NCBI GenBank assembly: GCA_963844035.1
Contig: CAWJMT010000003.1
Coordinates: forward strand, 128,001 to 192,000
Length of the DNA stretch: 64,000 nucleotides
From: an uncultured Gemmatimonadales bacterium
GTDB taxonomy: Bacteria > Gemmatimonadota > Gemmatimonadetes > Gemmatimonadales > GWC2-71-9
Reading direction: 5' to 3'
The notes beneath the pieces were generated by a model, which did not search any database, had not been told where the DNA came from, and was given only the letters and a program-made list of their open reading frames with translations. A program made the position numbers and the translations under genes. Each line of letters opens with the position of its first letter. Positions within the stretch are counted from its first letter, which is position 1. Shown here piece by piece: positions 46,123-58,486 of this stretch.

Positions 46123-47780
46123 TCACCTTCGACGCACCCTTCGTGCTGTGGCTGGCCCCGGTGGTCGCGGTGGCCGTGTGGCTGGGCGCGGCGTGGGCGC
46201 GGCGCGTGCGACTGCGGCGCGCAGCGCTCTGGTCGGAGCAGACGGCGGCCCTGGCGAGGAACGCGGGCCGGGCGGGCCCGAGCATGGTCGCCGCCGCGGC
46301 GTGCCTCGCCACGGTCGCGCTGGCGGGGCCTCGCTGGGGGCACGAGGCGGTCGTCACCGAAACGCGCGGCCTCAACCTGGCGATCGCGATCGACATCTCC
46401 CGCTCGATGCTCGCGGAGGATGCGAGCCCGAACCGGTTGGGGCGCGCGGCGCGGGAAGCGCGGCGCCTGGTTCAGGACCTGGACGGTGATCGGCTCGGGT
46501 TTGGTGGCGTTCGCCGGGTCGAGCTATATCCTGTCGCCGCTGTCGGTCGACGGATCGGCGCTGCTGCTGTACCTGGACGCCCTGGACCCCGACATCGCCT
46601 CGCAGGGAGGAACCGGCCTGGCTGCGGCGCTGCGACAGGGCGGCGAGCTGCTCCGGGCGGGCACCGAGCTCGCCGATCGCGTGCTCGTGGTGTTTACCGA
46701 CGGCGAGGGGCATGACTCGCTCCCCGGCGTGGTGGCGCAGGCGCGGCGGCTGAACACGGCCGGCGTCCGGCTGATTCTCGTGGCGGAAGGCGGGCGCGCA
46801 CCGGTGCGGATTCCCGTGCGGGATGAAGCCAAAGTGCTGCGAGGATACCAGAAGGACGAATCGGGGAATGAGATCGAGACGAGCCGCCGCGACGATATCT
46901 TAGGCGCCATCGCCGACGCGGCGCAGGGCGCGCAGGTCGCCGCCGACCTTCCCGATCAGGCGGGCGCCGTGCGCGACCTCGTGGCCTCCTACAAGCGCGC
47001 GCGTGCCAGTGAGACGCAGACTGAGCGGGGGCGGCCGCGGGCCTGGGTGCTGCTGCTCGGCGCGGTCGGCTTGCTCATCGCCCAGGCGGCGACGCGCCGG
47101 ACCGCGGCGCTGCTCGGTCTCGCTCTGCTCGTGACGGCTGTCCCCGCGCGGGCCCAGGATTCCACGCGACCGCGCAGCGCGGCCCAGCGTGCGTGGGACC
47201 GCGGCCAGATCGATCGCGCGCGCCGGGCGTACGCGGCGGAGCTTGCGGCGCACCAACAGGACGACGTGGCCTGGTACAACGCCGGCACCGCGGCACTCGC
47301 GGCCGGTGATCGTGAAGGGGCGCGTCAGAGTCTGAGCCGGGCCGCGGCGTCGCTCGTTCCCGACCTGCGGTATCGCGCCCTCTACAACCTGGGCGTGCTC
47401 GCGCTGCGCGAGGCGGACATAGACAGCGTGCATCGCGACGCGCACTTGGCCGAAGCGGAGCGCGCCTACCGCGAAGCGTTGTTGCTGCAGCCCGAGCAGG
47501 TGACCGGCCAAGTGGAATCTGGAGCTCGCGGTGCGGCGGCGCAGTGGCGGTGGAGGCGGCCAATCACCCTCGGGCGGTGGCGGCGGGGGTGGCGGGGTCG
47601 GCGGCGGCGGCGGTGAGTCACCGCGCGGCGGCGGCTCGAGCGGAGCCCCAGGGCGGCGGTCTCAACAAGTCGCAGGCGGAGCAGATTCTCAAGTCGATTG
47701 GACAGGAGGAGCTGCGCACGCGACGCGATCGCACGGGGCGCACCCGGGTGGCCGGCGAGCCGGGAGTGAAGGACTGGTGA
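46119..47780 (+). CDS. BatB-like VWA fused to BatC-like TPR domain (frameshifts near 46500 and 47505)
   Basis: LAGPRWG, DISRSMLAED..PNRL, VFTDGE; then WYNAGTAAL, YNLG, AYREALL, KWNLEL, Gly-rich linker, AEQILKSI, KDW-stop. Confidence 0.75.
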
Positions 47781-50114
47781 TCTTCGCGCTCGTTTTGGTC
47801 GCCTTGGCGCAGGGGGGACCGCCGCTCGTGACGGCCAGCGTGGACCGCACGCGGCTCACGGTCGGGGAGGCGCTGGTCCTCACCGTGCGCACGCGCACGC
47901 GCGCGGCGCAGCCGCTCACCTTCACGCTGCCGCCACTCGCGGGGTTTGCCATCGTCGCGACGCACGAAGTGACCGACGTCTCCGTCGGCTCGGGCGCGCG
48001 GCGACATGCTGCGAACCACGGTACGCCAGCTCACGCTGCGCGCGGACCGCGCCGGCCAGCTGGTGATCGGGGCGGTTCGGGCGCAGCAGGGGCGCGCCGC
48101 CGCGGCGACCGCTCCGATTCAGGTGACCGTGGATTCCGCGGTCGGCCGCACGGCGTCGCTCAGCCCGCCGGCGCGGGCGCTGCTCGATGCCGCAGTTCCG
48201 CCGGCGCGCGACGATCAGGTGGCGCTCAGCGTGGTCGTGCGCGCGGAGAGCGTGGTGGTGGGACGGCAGGTCGACATTCTCCTGGCGGCGTGGTTCCCGC
48301 GCGAGCTGCGGTTGCGGCTCCGAGGCCATCCGCAGCTGACCCTGCCGACGCCGCCCGGCGTGTGGGCGTACCCTGAGCAGGTGCCGGACGAATCCGTGGC
48401 ATCGCGGCGGGTGGGCAGCCGGTGGATGGACCTGTACGTCACGCATCGGATCGTCTTTCCCCTCGAGCCCGGCCGGCTGACGATCCCGCCGGCCACCGTG
48501 TCGTACGACGTGCCGGTGTCGTTCTCGATCTTCAGCCGCGAGGAGCGCTATTCGCTGCGCAGCGATTCCACGACGCTCATCGTCCTGCCGCTGCCGGCGG
48601 AGGGGCGTGCCGGCGGACGACCAGCGACTCGTAGCCCAGGACCTGGCGCTGACACTCTCGCTGACCCCGGCGGTGACTCGCGCCGACGAGCCCGTGACCG
48701 CGGTCGCCACCGTGGCCGGTATCGGCAACGTGCCGCTGTGGCCCGAGCCCGCGCTGCAGTGGCCCCGAGGGTTTCGCGACGTACGCCGCGGAGACGGACG
48801 TGCCGGCTGGAACCGCAGCGCGGGCTGGTGGCGGGTACGAAGACGTTCAGCTACCTCGTCGTTGCCGACTCGCCGGGGACCTTCGTGCTTCCCGAGCTGC
48901 GCTATCCGTACTACAACGTCACGACCGCCGGTTACGTCGGTGGCACGGGCTGCGCCGCAGACGCTCAGCGTCCTGGCTACGCCCGAGCCGCGGCCGGCCC
49001 GCGCGTTACCGCCGCTGTTGCGGCGCGAAGGAGAATCCGGGCCCGACCGGTTGGTGCGCGAGGTCGGCCTCTGGGGTTGGCTCGCGCTGCTGCTGTGCCC
49101 CCCGTTCCTCGCGTGGTGGGTCCGGCGCCGCGCAGCGGCCACGAGCGACGCGGACGCGAAACGGCCGACGCTCACCACGCTGGGGCGTCTCGAGCGCGAC
49201 TTTCACACGCTGCTCGCGAGCTACGTCTCGGACCGGGCGGCGCGCGATGGGGACGGGTTGGCGCGGGCCCTGCGCGCTGCGGGCATTGACAGCGCCATCT
49301 CCGATCACGTCATGCGGCTGCGCGACCGCGTGCGCGCGGCACGCTACGGTCCGCTCGGCTTGGGGGACGCGGAAGAGCTGGCCGCCGAGCTGGAGAAGGT
49401 CCTGCGCGTGCTCGGGGCGGATCCCGGCGGTGCGCGCCGGCGGCGCGTAATGGCCGTGCTGGTGTGCGCGGTGTTGCTGGCTCCGCGGGTTGGCGCAGCA
49501 CAGACGGCCGCTCCCGAGGCACTGTATGAGGCGGGGGCGCTGCGCGCCGCGGCTGACTCGTTTGCGGCGCGGGCCGCCGCGCACCCGTTCGTCGCGGCCC
49601 ACTGGTACAACCTCGGCGCGACGCTGTATCGCGCGGGGGCCGATGGCAAGGCCGTAGCGGCCTGGACCCGGGCCGCCCGTCTCGCGCCGCGCGACCGTGT
49701 GGTGTTGCGTGCCCGCGAGTTTCTCTCACCTCCCGACGCCGCCAGCGATCCCCTCCTCGCGGTCGGACCGGCGACGCCTGGTGAATGGGTCCTGGCGGTG
49801 GCCGTCGCCTGGGCCGCGTTGTGGGCGGCCGTGATCGCCCGGCGCCGCCGCGTCGTCCTGATCACACTGGCGGGCTTCACGGCGATCGCGATCGTGTTCG
49901 GCGCGGTGGAGGCGTCCCGCCGCGGGCGGCCGGTCGTGATCGTCATCGCCCCGGGCACCGCGGTGCGGGTGGCCCCATACGGAAGCGCGAATCCCAACGC
50001 GACGGTGGACGCGGGTGCCGCGCTGCTTGCGGTGGGGCGCTACGGCCGCTGGATCGAGGTCCGGCGCCGCGACGGCGTCCACGGCTGGGTCCTCGACTCG
50101 GACGTGGTGCGACT

Positions 50115-50118
<4 letters not shown>
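47777..50118 (+). CDS. BatD-like protein fused to BatE-like TPR/SH3 C-terminus (frameshifts near 48000, 48607, 48790, 48935)
   Basis: VTASVDRTRLTVGE, FPLEPGRLTIPPA, VLPLP, GIGNV, KTFSYLVV, LPELRYPYYN; HWYNLG..AWTRAARLAPRD; terminal GRWIEV...GWV SH3-like. Confidence 0.7.
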
Positions 50119-51803
<1,685 letters not shown>

Positions 51804-51880
51804 AATGCGGAATGGGGAATGCGGAATGCGGAATGGGTGGTGTGGTTTCATTCCGCACTCCGCAATCCGCATTCCGCACT
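51804..51880. repeat. Inverted heptamer array 5x AATG(C/G)G(G/T) / 4x (T/C/A)TCCGCA between mutL and miaA
   Basis: aatgcgg aatgggg aatgcgg aatgcgg aatgggt ... ca ttccgca ctccgca atccgca ttccgca ct. Confidence 0.92.
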
Positions 51881-51886
51881 CTGATC

Positions 51887-52859
51887 GTGTCAGACCTGCC
51901 GCTCGTCCCGGTCCTTGTCGGCCCGACAGGGGTGGGGAAGACGGCTGTCGCCGTTGCGCTCGCCGCACTGCGCCCGATCGGGGTGATCTCCGCCGATGCG
52001 CGCCAGGTGTATCGCCGCCTCGACATCGGCACCGCCAAGCCCTCGCCCGCGGTCCAGGCCGCCGTGCCGCACTACGGGATCGACGTGGTCGATCCGGGCG
52101 AGCGCTACAGCGCGGGCCGGTTTGCCCGAGACGCCGCCGGATGGCTCGACCGGGTGCGGGCGGCGGGACGCGAGCCCGTCGTGGTGGGTGGAACCGGCTT
52201 CTACGTGCGCGCGTTGGCGGACGGGTTGTTTCAGGAGCCGCCCCTCGATCCGGCGCGGCGCGAGTCGTTGCGCGCCTGGACGGCCCGGATGCCGGCCGCG
52301 CGGCTGGCGCATTGGGCGGCGCGCCTCGACCGCGGATTCGCGGGAGGCGGACGGCAGCGCGGCGCCCGCGCCATCGAGGTGGCCCTGTTGACGGGGCGGG
52401 CGCTCTCCTGGTGGCAGCGCGAGGCGCGCGAGACCGGCGCAATGCGCCCATGGTACATTCACCTGACGCTGCCGCGCGACGTGCTGCAGCGACGGATCGC
52501 CGCACGGGTGGACCAGATGCTCGCCGCCGGGCTCGTGGCTGAGGTGCGCGGATTGCTCGACAGCGGCCTGGCCGCCGACAGCGCCGGGCCTCGATGGGGT
52601 GGGGTACCGGGAAGTGGTCGCGATGCTGGGTGGCTCGTTGCCGCCCGCCGGCCTGCGGGATGCGATCCTCATCGCTACACGGCGCTACGCCAAGCGGCAG
52701 GACACGTGGTTTCGAAATCAACTGCCAAAGCGCAATCAGCCATCAGCCGTCAGCGGTCAGGAGGACGTGTGGATGCTCAACGCCACCGAGAGCCCAGCAG
52801 CGTTGGCGGCGACCATTTTCGAACGCTGGCAAGCCATCACGCTGATCTCTGATGGCTGA
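51887..52859 (+). CDS. miaA: tRNA dimethylallyltransferase (frameshift near 52588)
   Basis: [38 protein letters not shown], then GVGYREV...TRRYAKRQDTWFR in shifted frame; follows mutL. Confidence 0.95.
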
Positions 52860-52876
52860 AAGCTGACGGCTGACGA
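52732..52876. repeat. Inverted heptamer arms (4x GCnnTCA; 5x CTGAnnn) flanking the last ~80 bp of miaA
   Basis: gcaatca gccatca gccgtca gcggtca g (52732-52760) ... ctgatct ctgatgg ctgaaag ctgacgg ctgacga (52842-52876). Confidence 0.88.
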
Positions 52877-52880
52877 CCTT

Positions 52881-54005
52881 GTGAGAATCGGCATCACCTG
52901 CTATCCGACCTACGGCGGTTCCGGCGCCGTGGCCACCGAGCTGGGGCTCGAGCTGGCGCGGCGCGGGCACGACGTGCATTTCATCGCCTACGCCAGCCCG
53001 TTCCGGCTGCGGGGGTTCTCGGAGCGGGTGACGTTCCACGAAGTGGTGACCGCCGAGTATCCCCTGTTCGAACACTCACCCTATGCGCTGGCGCTCGCCG
53101 TCAAACAGCATGAGGTGGCGCTGCGCGAGCGGCTCGAGCTGATGCACGTGCACTACGCGATCCCGCACGCCGCGACCGCCTGGCTCGCCAAGCAGATGCT
53201 CAAGAACGAGCGTGATCTGAAAGTCGTGACCACGCTGCATGGCACCGACATCACGCTCGTCGGTCAGGACCCGTCGTTCTATACCATTACGAAGTTCTCG
53301 ATCGAGCAATCGGATGCGGTGACTGCTGTCTCGTCCTACCTGCGCGACGAGACGTATCGGGCCTTTGGCTGCATCGGGTGTGATGTGCGCGTCATCCCGA
53401 ACTTCGTCTCGCCGCTCGAGTACCACACGTCCACCGGCACGTCGTTCCGCGGCATTCTCGCCCCGGCCGGTCACAAGATCCTGGTGCACGTCTCGAACTT
53501 CCGGCCGGTGAAACGCATCATCGACGTGATCCGCATCTTCGCCGGGGTACGCCGCGCGATGCCGGCCACGCTGGTGCTGGTGGGCGACGGTCCCGATCGG
53601 GACGCGGCTGAGCAGGAAGCCGACCGGCTCGCCCTCGGCAGGGATGTTCGCTTCCTCGGCAAGGTGGACCAGGTGGCCGAGCTGCTGCGCGGGAGCGATC
53701 TGTTCCTGCTGCCCTCTGAGACCGAGTCGTTCGGCCTGGCGGCACTCGAGGCGATGGCCTGCGGGGTGCCGGTGATCGCGACCGCGGTCGGCGGCCTGCC
53801 CGAGGTCGTGGTGAGTGGTGAAACCGGGTTTCTCGCCCCCGTTGGAGCCGTGGACGCGATGGTGGCCGAGGCGACCGCGATCCTCGCGGATCCGGAACGC
53901 CACGCGCGCATGCGCGCGGCCGCTGCGGACCGCGCGCTCACCTTCGCCACCGAGCGCATCGTGCCGCAGTACGAAGCGCTGTATGAGGAGGTGTTGCGTG
54001 GGTAA
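52881..54005 (+). CDS. bshA: N-acetyl-alpha-D-glucosaminyl L-malate synthase (bacillithiol biosynthesis)
   Basis: MRIGITCYPTYGGSGAVATELG, HVHYAIPHA, TTLHGTDITLVG, HVSNFRPVKR, ESFGLAALEAM. Confidence 0.95.
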   Translation: MRIGITCYPTYGGSGAVATELGLELARRGHDVHFIAYASPFRLRGFSERVTFHEVVTAEYPLFEHSPYALALAVKQHEVALRERLELMHVHYAIPHAATAWLAKQMLKNERDLKVVTTLHGTDITLVGQDPSFYTITKFSIEQSDAVTAVSSYLRDETYRAFGCIGCDVRVIPNFVSPLEYHTSTGTSFRGILAPAGHKILVHVSNFRPVKRIIDVIRIFAGVRRAMPATLVLVGDGPDRDAAEQEADRLALGRDVRFLGKVDQVAELLRGSDLFLLPSETESFGLAALEAMACGVPVIATAVGGLPEVVVSGETGFLAPVGAVDAMVAEATAILADPERHARMRAAAADRALTFATERIVPQYEALYEEVLRG

Positions 54006-54579
54006 GGGCGCTCAGGTCGTCCTGTCCGTCGCGCTCGCGGTTCTGGCTGGTGGGTGGATCGCCATGGAACGATTGGCCATGCCGCCCTTGCTCGCCGGGG
54101 CGGCGGTCGCGGCGGCGGGGCTGGCGGCGGCTGTCGCATACTTCCGCCTGCATGAGCGGCGCGGACCTCTGGGCATTGTCATGCTTGCCGCGCTCGCGGG
54201 TCTGCCGTTCACGATCGGCGCGATGGCGGTCGGCCGCCCTGCGGCGGGGATCGTTCCCTCCATCCTCGCTGCCTGGCTTCAGGTCCTCCGGGTGATGGTT
54301 GCCGACCTCGAAACGGAATCCCCGGACCATGCGGCCGACCGGCGGACCCTCACCATCGTGGCGACGGGCGTGGCGCTCTCGTTCATTCCAGTCAGTTTCA
54401 TCCTGCCGGCGCGCGTCGGATTCGGGGGAGCCTTTTTCCTCATCGCACTGTTCGTGGAACTCGCCGTGCTCGTCAGCGCCGCCCGCCTGATTGTCGGACG
54501 GATCAATGGGGTCAATGCGCTCCTCAAGGGCGCGATGTTCGTCGGCGCGATCGCGCTGGTTGCGGGGCGGGTCACGTGA
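53998..54579 (+). CDS. Membrane protein, possibly a truncated/degenerate UbiA-family prenyltransferase
   Basis: Multiple TMs; GLPFTIGAMAVG...RVMVADLETESPDHAADRRTL resembles the second UbiA Asp-rich motif. Confidence 0.5.
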   Translation: MGKGAQVVLSVALAVLAGGWIAMERLAMPPLLAGAAVAAAGLAAAVAYFRLHERRGPLGIVMLAALAGLPFTIGAMAVGRPAAGIVPSILAAWLQVLRVMVADLETESPDHAADRRTLTIVATGVALSFIPVSFILPARVGFGGAFFLIALFVELAVLVSAARLIVGRINGVNALLKGAMFVGAIALVAGRVT

Positions 54580-55356
54580 CGCTCTGGCAAGGCGATCGTC
54601 CTCGGACTTGTACAGGGACTGACGGAGTTCCTGCCGGTGTCGTCGTCGGGACACCTGCTCGTGTTGGAAGTAGTGACGGGGGTTCACACCCCAGGGGTGT
54701 TCGTTGAGGTGGCTCTGCATGTGGCGACACTCGCCGCGGTCCTCGTGATGTACGGGAGGCGCCTGTGGGGAATAGTGCGGGGAGTGTTGACACTGCGCGC
54801 CCAGGACCTGAAGATGACCGGCCTGCTGTTCCTCGGTACGCTTCCCGCGGGCATCGTCGGAGTGCTGTTCCACGAGAGCATCGCCAGGGCGTCGCTCGTC
54901 CCGATTGGGCTTGGGTTCCTGGTCACAGGGATGGTGAATTGGTCCACCCGGCGACGGGCGGGCGAACGCCCCGAGCCGACGGTGGCGGCGGCGATCGGCG
55001 TCGGGTGCGCGCAGGCGGTGTCGGCGGCATTCCGCGGCGTTTCGCGTTCCGGCTCCACGGTGGCGGCCGGGCTGTGGTGCGGGCTCAGTCCGGCGGCGGC
55101 TGCCGAGTTCAGCTTTCTTCTCACCGTACCGGTGATCGCCGGCGCAGCGCTGCTCGAAAGCCGCCACATCACCTCGGGCGTGACGGCGGTGGGCGCGGTG
55201 CCGCTGGCGGTGAGTTTCGTCATCGCGTTCGCCGCGGGGCTCTGGTCGATTCGCTTCCTGGTGGCGCTGGTCAGACAGGGTCGCTTCTACGCATTCGCGC
55301 CGTACAACTGGGCGATTGGTCTCTTGACGATCGTGTACGGCCTGTGGCGCGGGTGA
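54576..55356 (+). CDS. uppP: Undecaprenyl-diphosphate phosphatase (frameshift near 54590)
   Basis: AIVLGLVQGLTEFLPVSSSGHL, LHVATL, GVSRSGST, AAEFSFLL. Confidence 0.93.
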
Positions 55357-56098
55357 CCCTCGATGGCATACCGGCGAGCACGCTGGCGCGGCGTTGGGGG
55401 GTGCCCCATGCCGCCGTCTTTCATTCGCTGACCTCGAGCCTCGACGTGGTCCACGATCTGGCGGCACGGGGCGCCGCCACACGGGACCGCGGTCATCGCC
55501 GAAGAGCAAACGGAGGGCCGGGGCAGGGACGGCCGCACTTGGCGGTCTCCCGCGGGAGGCGTCTGGCTGGGCATGGTGCTGCGGCCCGGGCACGTGGCGT
55601 TGGGGGCGTTCTCGGTACGCGCCGGCCTCGTGGTGGCAGACGCGGTCGATGAGCTGCTCGGCACGCCCGCCGCGCAGCTGAAGTGGCCCAACGACGTGCT
55701 GCTCGCCGACCGCAAGGTCGCCGGCGTACTGTGCGAGACGCGTTGGCAGGGCGAGGCACCGGAGTGGCTCGCGCTCGGCGTCGGGGTCAACGTGAGCAAT
55801 GAGATTCCCCCCGAGCTGGCAGGCGCGCGCGGTGGCGCTCGCCGAGTTCGACGCGGCGCTGCGGCGCATCGATGTGCTCGATCGACTGGTGCCCGCGCTC
55901 GCCGCGGTGGCCGCCGGGCGACCGACGCTTACGGAGGGCGAGTGCCGGGCCTTTGCCGAGCGGGACTGGCTGAGGGGACGCGAGCTGCGCGCGCCCGCGG
56001 CCGGACGGGCCGGCGGCCTGACCCCCGACGGAGCACTGCTTGTGGACCTGGGCGCGGACACCGTGTCCGTGCGGGAGGGTCACGTCGAGCTGATGTAA
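55353..56098 (+). CDS. birA: Biotin--[acetyl-CoA carboxylase] ligase (frameshifts near 55478 and 55822)
   Basis: AEEQTEGRGRDGRTWRSP.GG, LKWPND, RKVAGVLCE, GVGVNV, C-terminal DGALLV. Confidence 0.9.
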
Positions 56099-56119
56099 TT
56101 TCGCTATACTTACGCCCCC

Positions 56120-56899
56120 ATGCTGCTCGCGATCAACATCAACAACACCGAGACCAAGGTCGGGCTGTTCCGCGGCGACAGCCTGGAGTCGCACTGGCGC
56201 CTGACCACGACGCCGTCGCGGACCCCCGACGAGTGGGCGGCGACACTGACCTCCTACCTGTTGCAGGCGGGACGCTCGACGCAGGAAGTCCGTGCCGCGA
56301 TCGTGGCCTCCGTGGTTCCACCGGTCACGCGGGGGCTGTGCGAGGCCGTGGAGCGGGCGACGACGATCCGCCCCGTGGTGGTGGACGGCAGCGTGACGCT
56401 GCCGATCACGCTGGACGTTGACGAGCCGCTTCAGGTCGGGGCGGACCGCATCCTCAACACGCTGGCCGCGTCGCAGCTGTTCCGTCGCGACACCATCGTC
56501 GTCGACTTCGGCACCGCGACCACGTTCGATTGCATCACGCACGACGGCCGCTTCCTGGGCGGGGTGATCATGCCCGGGATTCGCACGGCCTCGGACGCCC
56601 TCATCCGCAACACCGCCAAGCTGCCGGCCACGGAGCTGATCCCGCCCGCGCACGTGATCGGACGCCGCACCGAGGAGGCAATCCGCGCGGGCGTGCTGCT
56701 CGGCACGGCGGACGCGGTGGACGGAATCGTGCGGCGGATCAAGGCCGAGTGGCCGAACGGCAACGTCCCGCAAGTGATCGCGACCGGCGGTCTCGCGAGC
56801 CTCGTGGCGCCGCTGGCGCGTGAAATCGAGTCCGTCAATCCCGATCTCACACTCACCGGCCTCCGGATCGCGGCCGCGGCGCTCGGGCTCAAGTGGTAG
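56120..56899 (+). CDS. coaX: Type III pantothenate kinase
   Basis: MLLAININNTET, ASVVP, VGADRI, VVDFGTATTFD, GGVIMPG, VIATGG, LTLTGL. Confidence 0.95.
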   Translation: MLLAININNTETKVGLFRGDSLESHWRLTTTPSRTPDEWAATLTSYLLQAGRSTQEVRAAIVASVVPPVTRGLCEAVERATTIRPVVVDGSVTLPITLDVDEPLQVGADRILNTLAASQLFRRDTIVVDFGTATTFDCITHDGRFLGGVIMPGIRTASDALIRNTAKLPATELIPPAHVIGRRTEEAIRAGVLLGTADAVDGIVRRIKAEWPNGNVPQVIATGGLASLVAPLAREIESVNPDLTLTGLRIAAAALGLKW

Positions 56900-57819
56900 G
56901 CGACTCCCGGACCCTCAACGAGTGGCGGCGCTGGGGGTACCGGCTGCTCCCGGGCGACGCGTTCTCCTATCTCCTGCATATGCGCCCGGCCGAGTGGCCG
57001 ATCATGGTGGCGCATACGGCCCTGGGGTACGTGCTCGCGGTCGGGATCGGGGGCGCGGCGCGTGGTGCGTCGCTCTCGCAGGCGGTGTGGGCGCTGGTGC
57101 TCTGGGTGGTGTGCTTGAACGGCGGGACACTGGCGATCAACTCCGTGTTCGACCGCGACGAAGGGGACATCGGCTACCTGAACGCGCCCCCTCCCATCCC
57201 GCGCCACCTGCTGGCGTTCAGCGTGGCGCTGCTCGCGGGCGGACAGCTGCTTGCGGTCACGCTCCCCGTGGCCTACCAGGCCTGCTACGCGATCTGCGCG
57301 GTGATGTCGGTGCTCTATTCGGTGCCGCCGTTTCGATTGAAGGCGGTCGCGGGCGCCGACTGGGTGATCAACATGTGGGGCTTCGGAACGCTCACCCCAT
57401 TCGCCGGGTGGGCGGCGACCGCGCGGCCGCTCGATTTTGGGCACGCGCTGATCCTCGGCGCGTTCTGTCCGCTGTTTGCGGGACTCTATCCGCTCACGCA
57501 GCTGTATCAGTTCGACGAGGATCGGCGGCGTGGCGACCGCACGCTGGCGTTGATCCTCGGCATGCGCGCCAGTCTCGTCGTCGCCATCGTCTGCACGCTC
57601 GGAGCGTTCGGGCTGTTTGGATGGGCCGTCGCGGCGCTCCGCCCGGGACCGTGGGCGGGCGCGTTCGCCATAGCGCTGGCCGCCTGGCTGGCCGTGCTCG
57701 TGCCCTGGTATCGTGGCCATACCGGCTGGACGCCGGACCGGCACCAACGGGGTATGTACCAGGCGCTCGGGGCCTGGGCGCTGACTGACCTCGTGGTGCT
57801 GCTGGTGTTCGCCCGCTAA
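56893..57819 (+). CDS. UbiA-family prenyltransferase
   Basis: MRPAEW, INSVFDRDEGD (NxxxDxxxD), YSVPPFRLK, QFDEDRRRGDRTL; multi-TM. Confidence 0.82.
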   Translation: MVGDSRTLNEWRRWGYRLLPGDAFSYLLHMRPAEWPIMVAHTALGYVLAVGIGGAARGASLSQAVWALVLWVVCLNGGTLAINSVFDRDEGDIGYLNAPPPIPRHLLAFSVALLAGGQLLAVTLPVAYQACYAICAVMSVLYSVPPFRLKAVAGADWVINMWGFGTLTPFAGWAATARPLDFGHALILGAFCPLFAGLYPLTQLYQFDEDRRRGDRTLALILGMRASLVVAIVCTLGAFGLFGWAVAALRPGPWAGAFAIALAAWLAVLVPWYRGHTGWTPDRHQRGMYQALGAWALTDLVVLLVFAR

Positions 57820-57865
57820 GTCGGCTTAGATTTTCTCCCACCCCCGTACCTGGAGCGCGGTAGAC

Positions 57866-58474
57866 ATGTCAGCCACCTTGGCGCCGACAACGATGGATCG
57901 GACCGACGTCCGCCACCTACTCACCAACGGGACGAAGATCGGACTCGCCACGGCCGTCGCGGTCGTGCTGTACCTCTGGGTCTCGAGACACGTTCCCGCC
58001 GGCGGCGCCCGTGTCGGCCTGGAAGCGCTCCTCGTGCTGGCGGCCGGCACTGCCGTCACCTTCCTGCCTGGCCGCTGGTGCGCCGCGCGCACGGTGGAGG
58101 GCATCGCCGGTGCCGCCGGAATGGGACTCTGGGGGGCCATCATCTTTACGGTCGTGGACATCGTATTGCTCCGGCCGTTCAAGGCCTACCCCTGGACCTG
58201 GGACGCGATCGGTGGCGGCAGCACGTGGTGGTATCTCCCGATCTGGTGGATGTTCGGAACCTTCCTCGCGTGGATGGGCGGTACGCTCGTGGCCCGGGCG
58301 CCCGAAGGCGCCGGGTTGGCACGCACCGCGGCGCCCGTACTGATCGGTGCGGTCGTGGTGGGCGTGGCAGCGACGCTCGCGGGGTTCGATGCGACGCTGC
58401 CGGTAACTGCCGGGCTTGGCTTTGCGGTGACGCTCCCAGTGCTGGTCGTCGTCGCTCTCGCCCGCAAGGCCTAG
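57866..58474 (+). CDS. Hypothetical membrane protein
   Basis: GGAG SD; about 6 TMs; YPWTWDAIGGGSTWWYLPIWWM. Confidence 0.7.
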   Translation: MSATLAPTTMDRTDVRHLLTNGTKIGLATAVAVVLYLWVSRHVPAGGARVGLEALLVLAAGTAVTFLPGRWCAARTVEGIAGAAGMGLWGAIIFTVVDIVLLRPFKAYPWTWDAIGGGSTWWYLPIWWMFGTFLAWMGGTLVARAPEGAGLARTAAPVLIGAVVVGVAATLAGFDATLPVTAGLGFAVTLPVLVVVALARKA

Positions 58475-58486
58475 CGGGAGGGGCGC

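Noticed and set aside
47530..47660. GGC-rich repeat
   Set aside because: Encodes an ordinary Gly-rich linker of the BatC-like domain.
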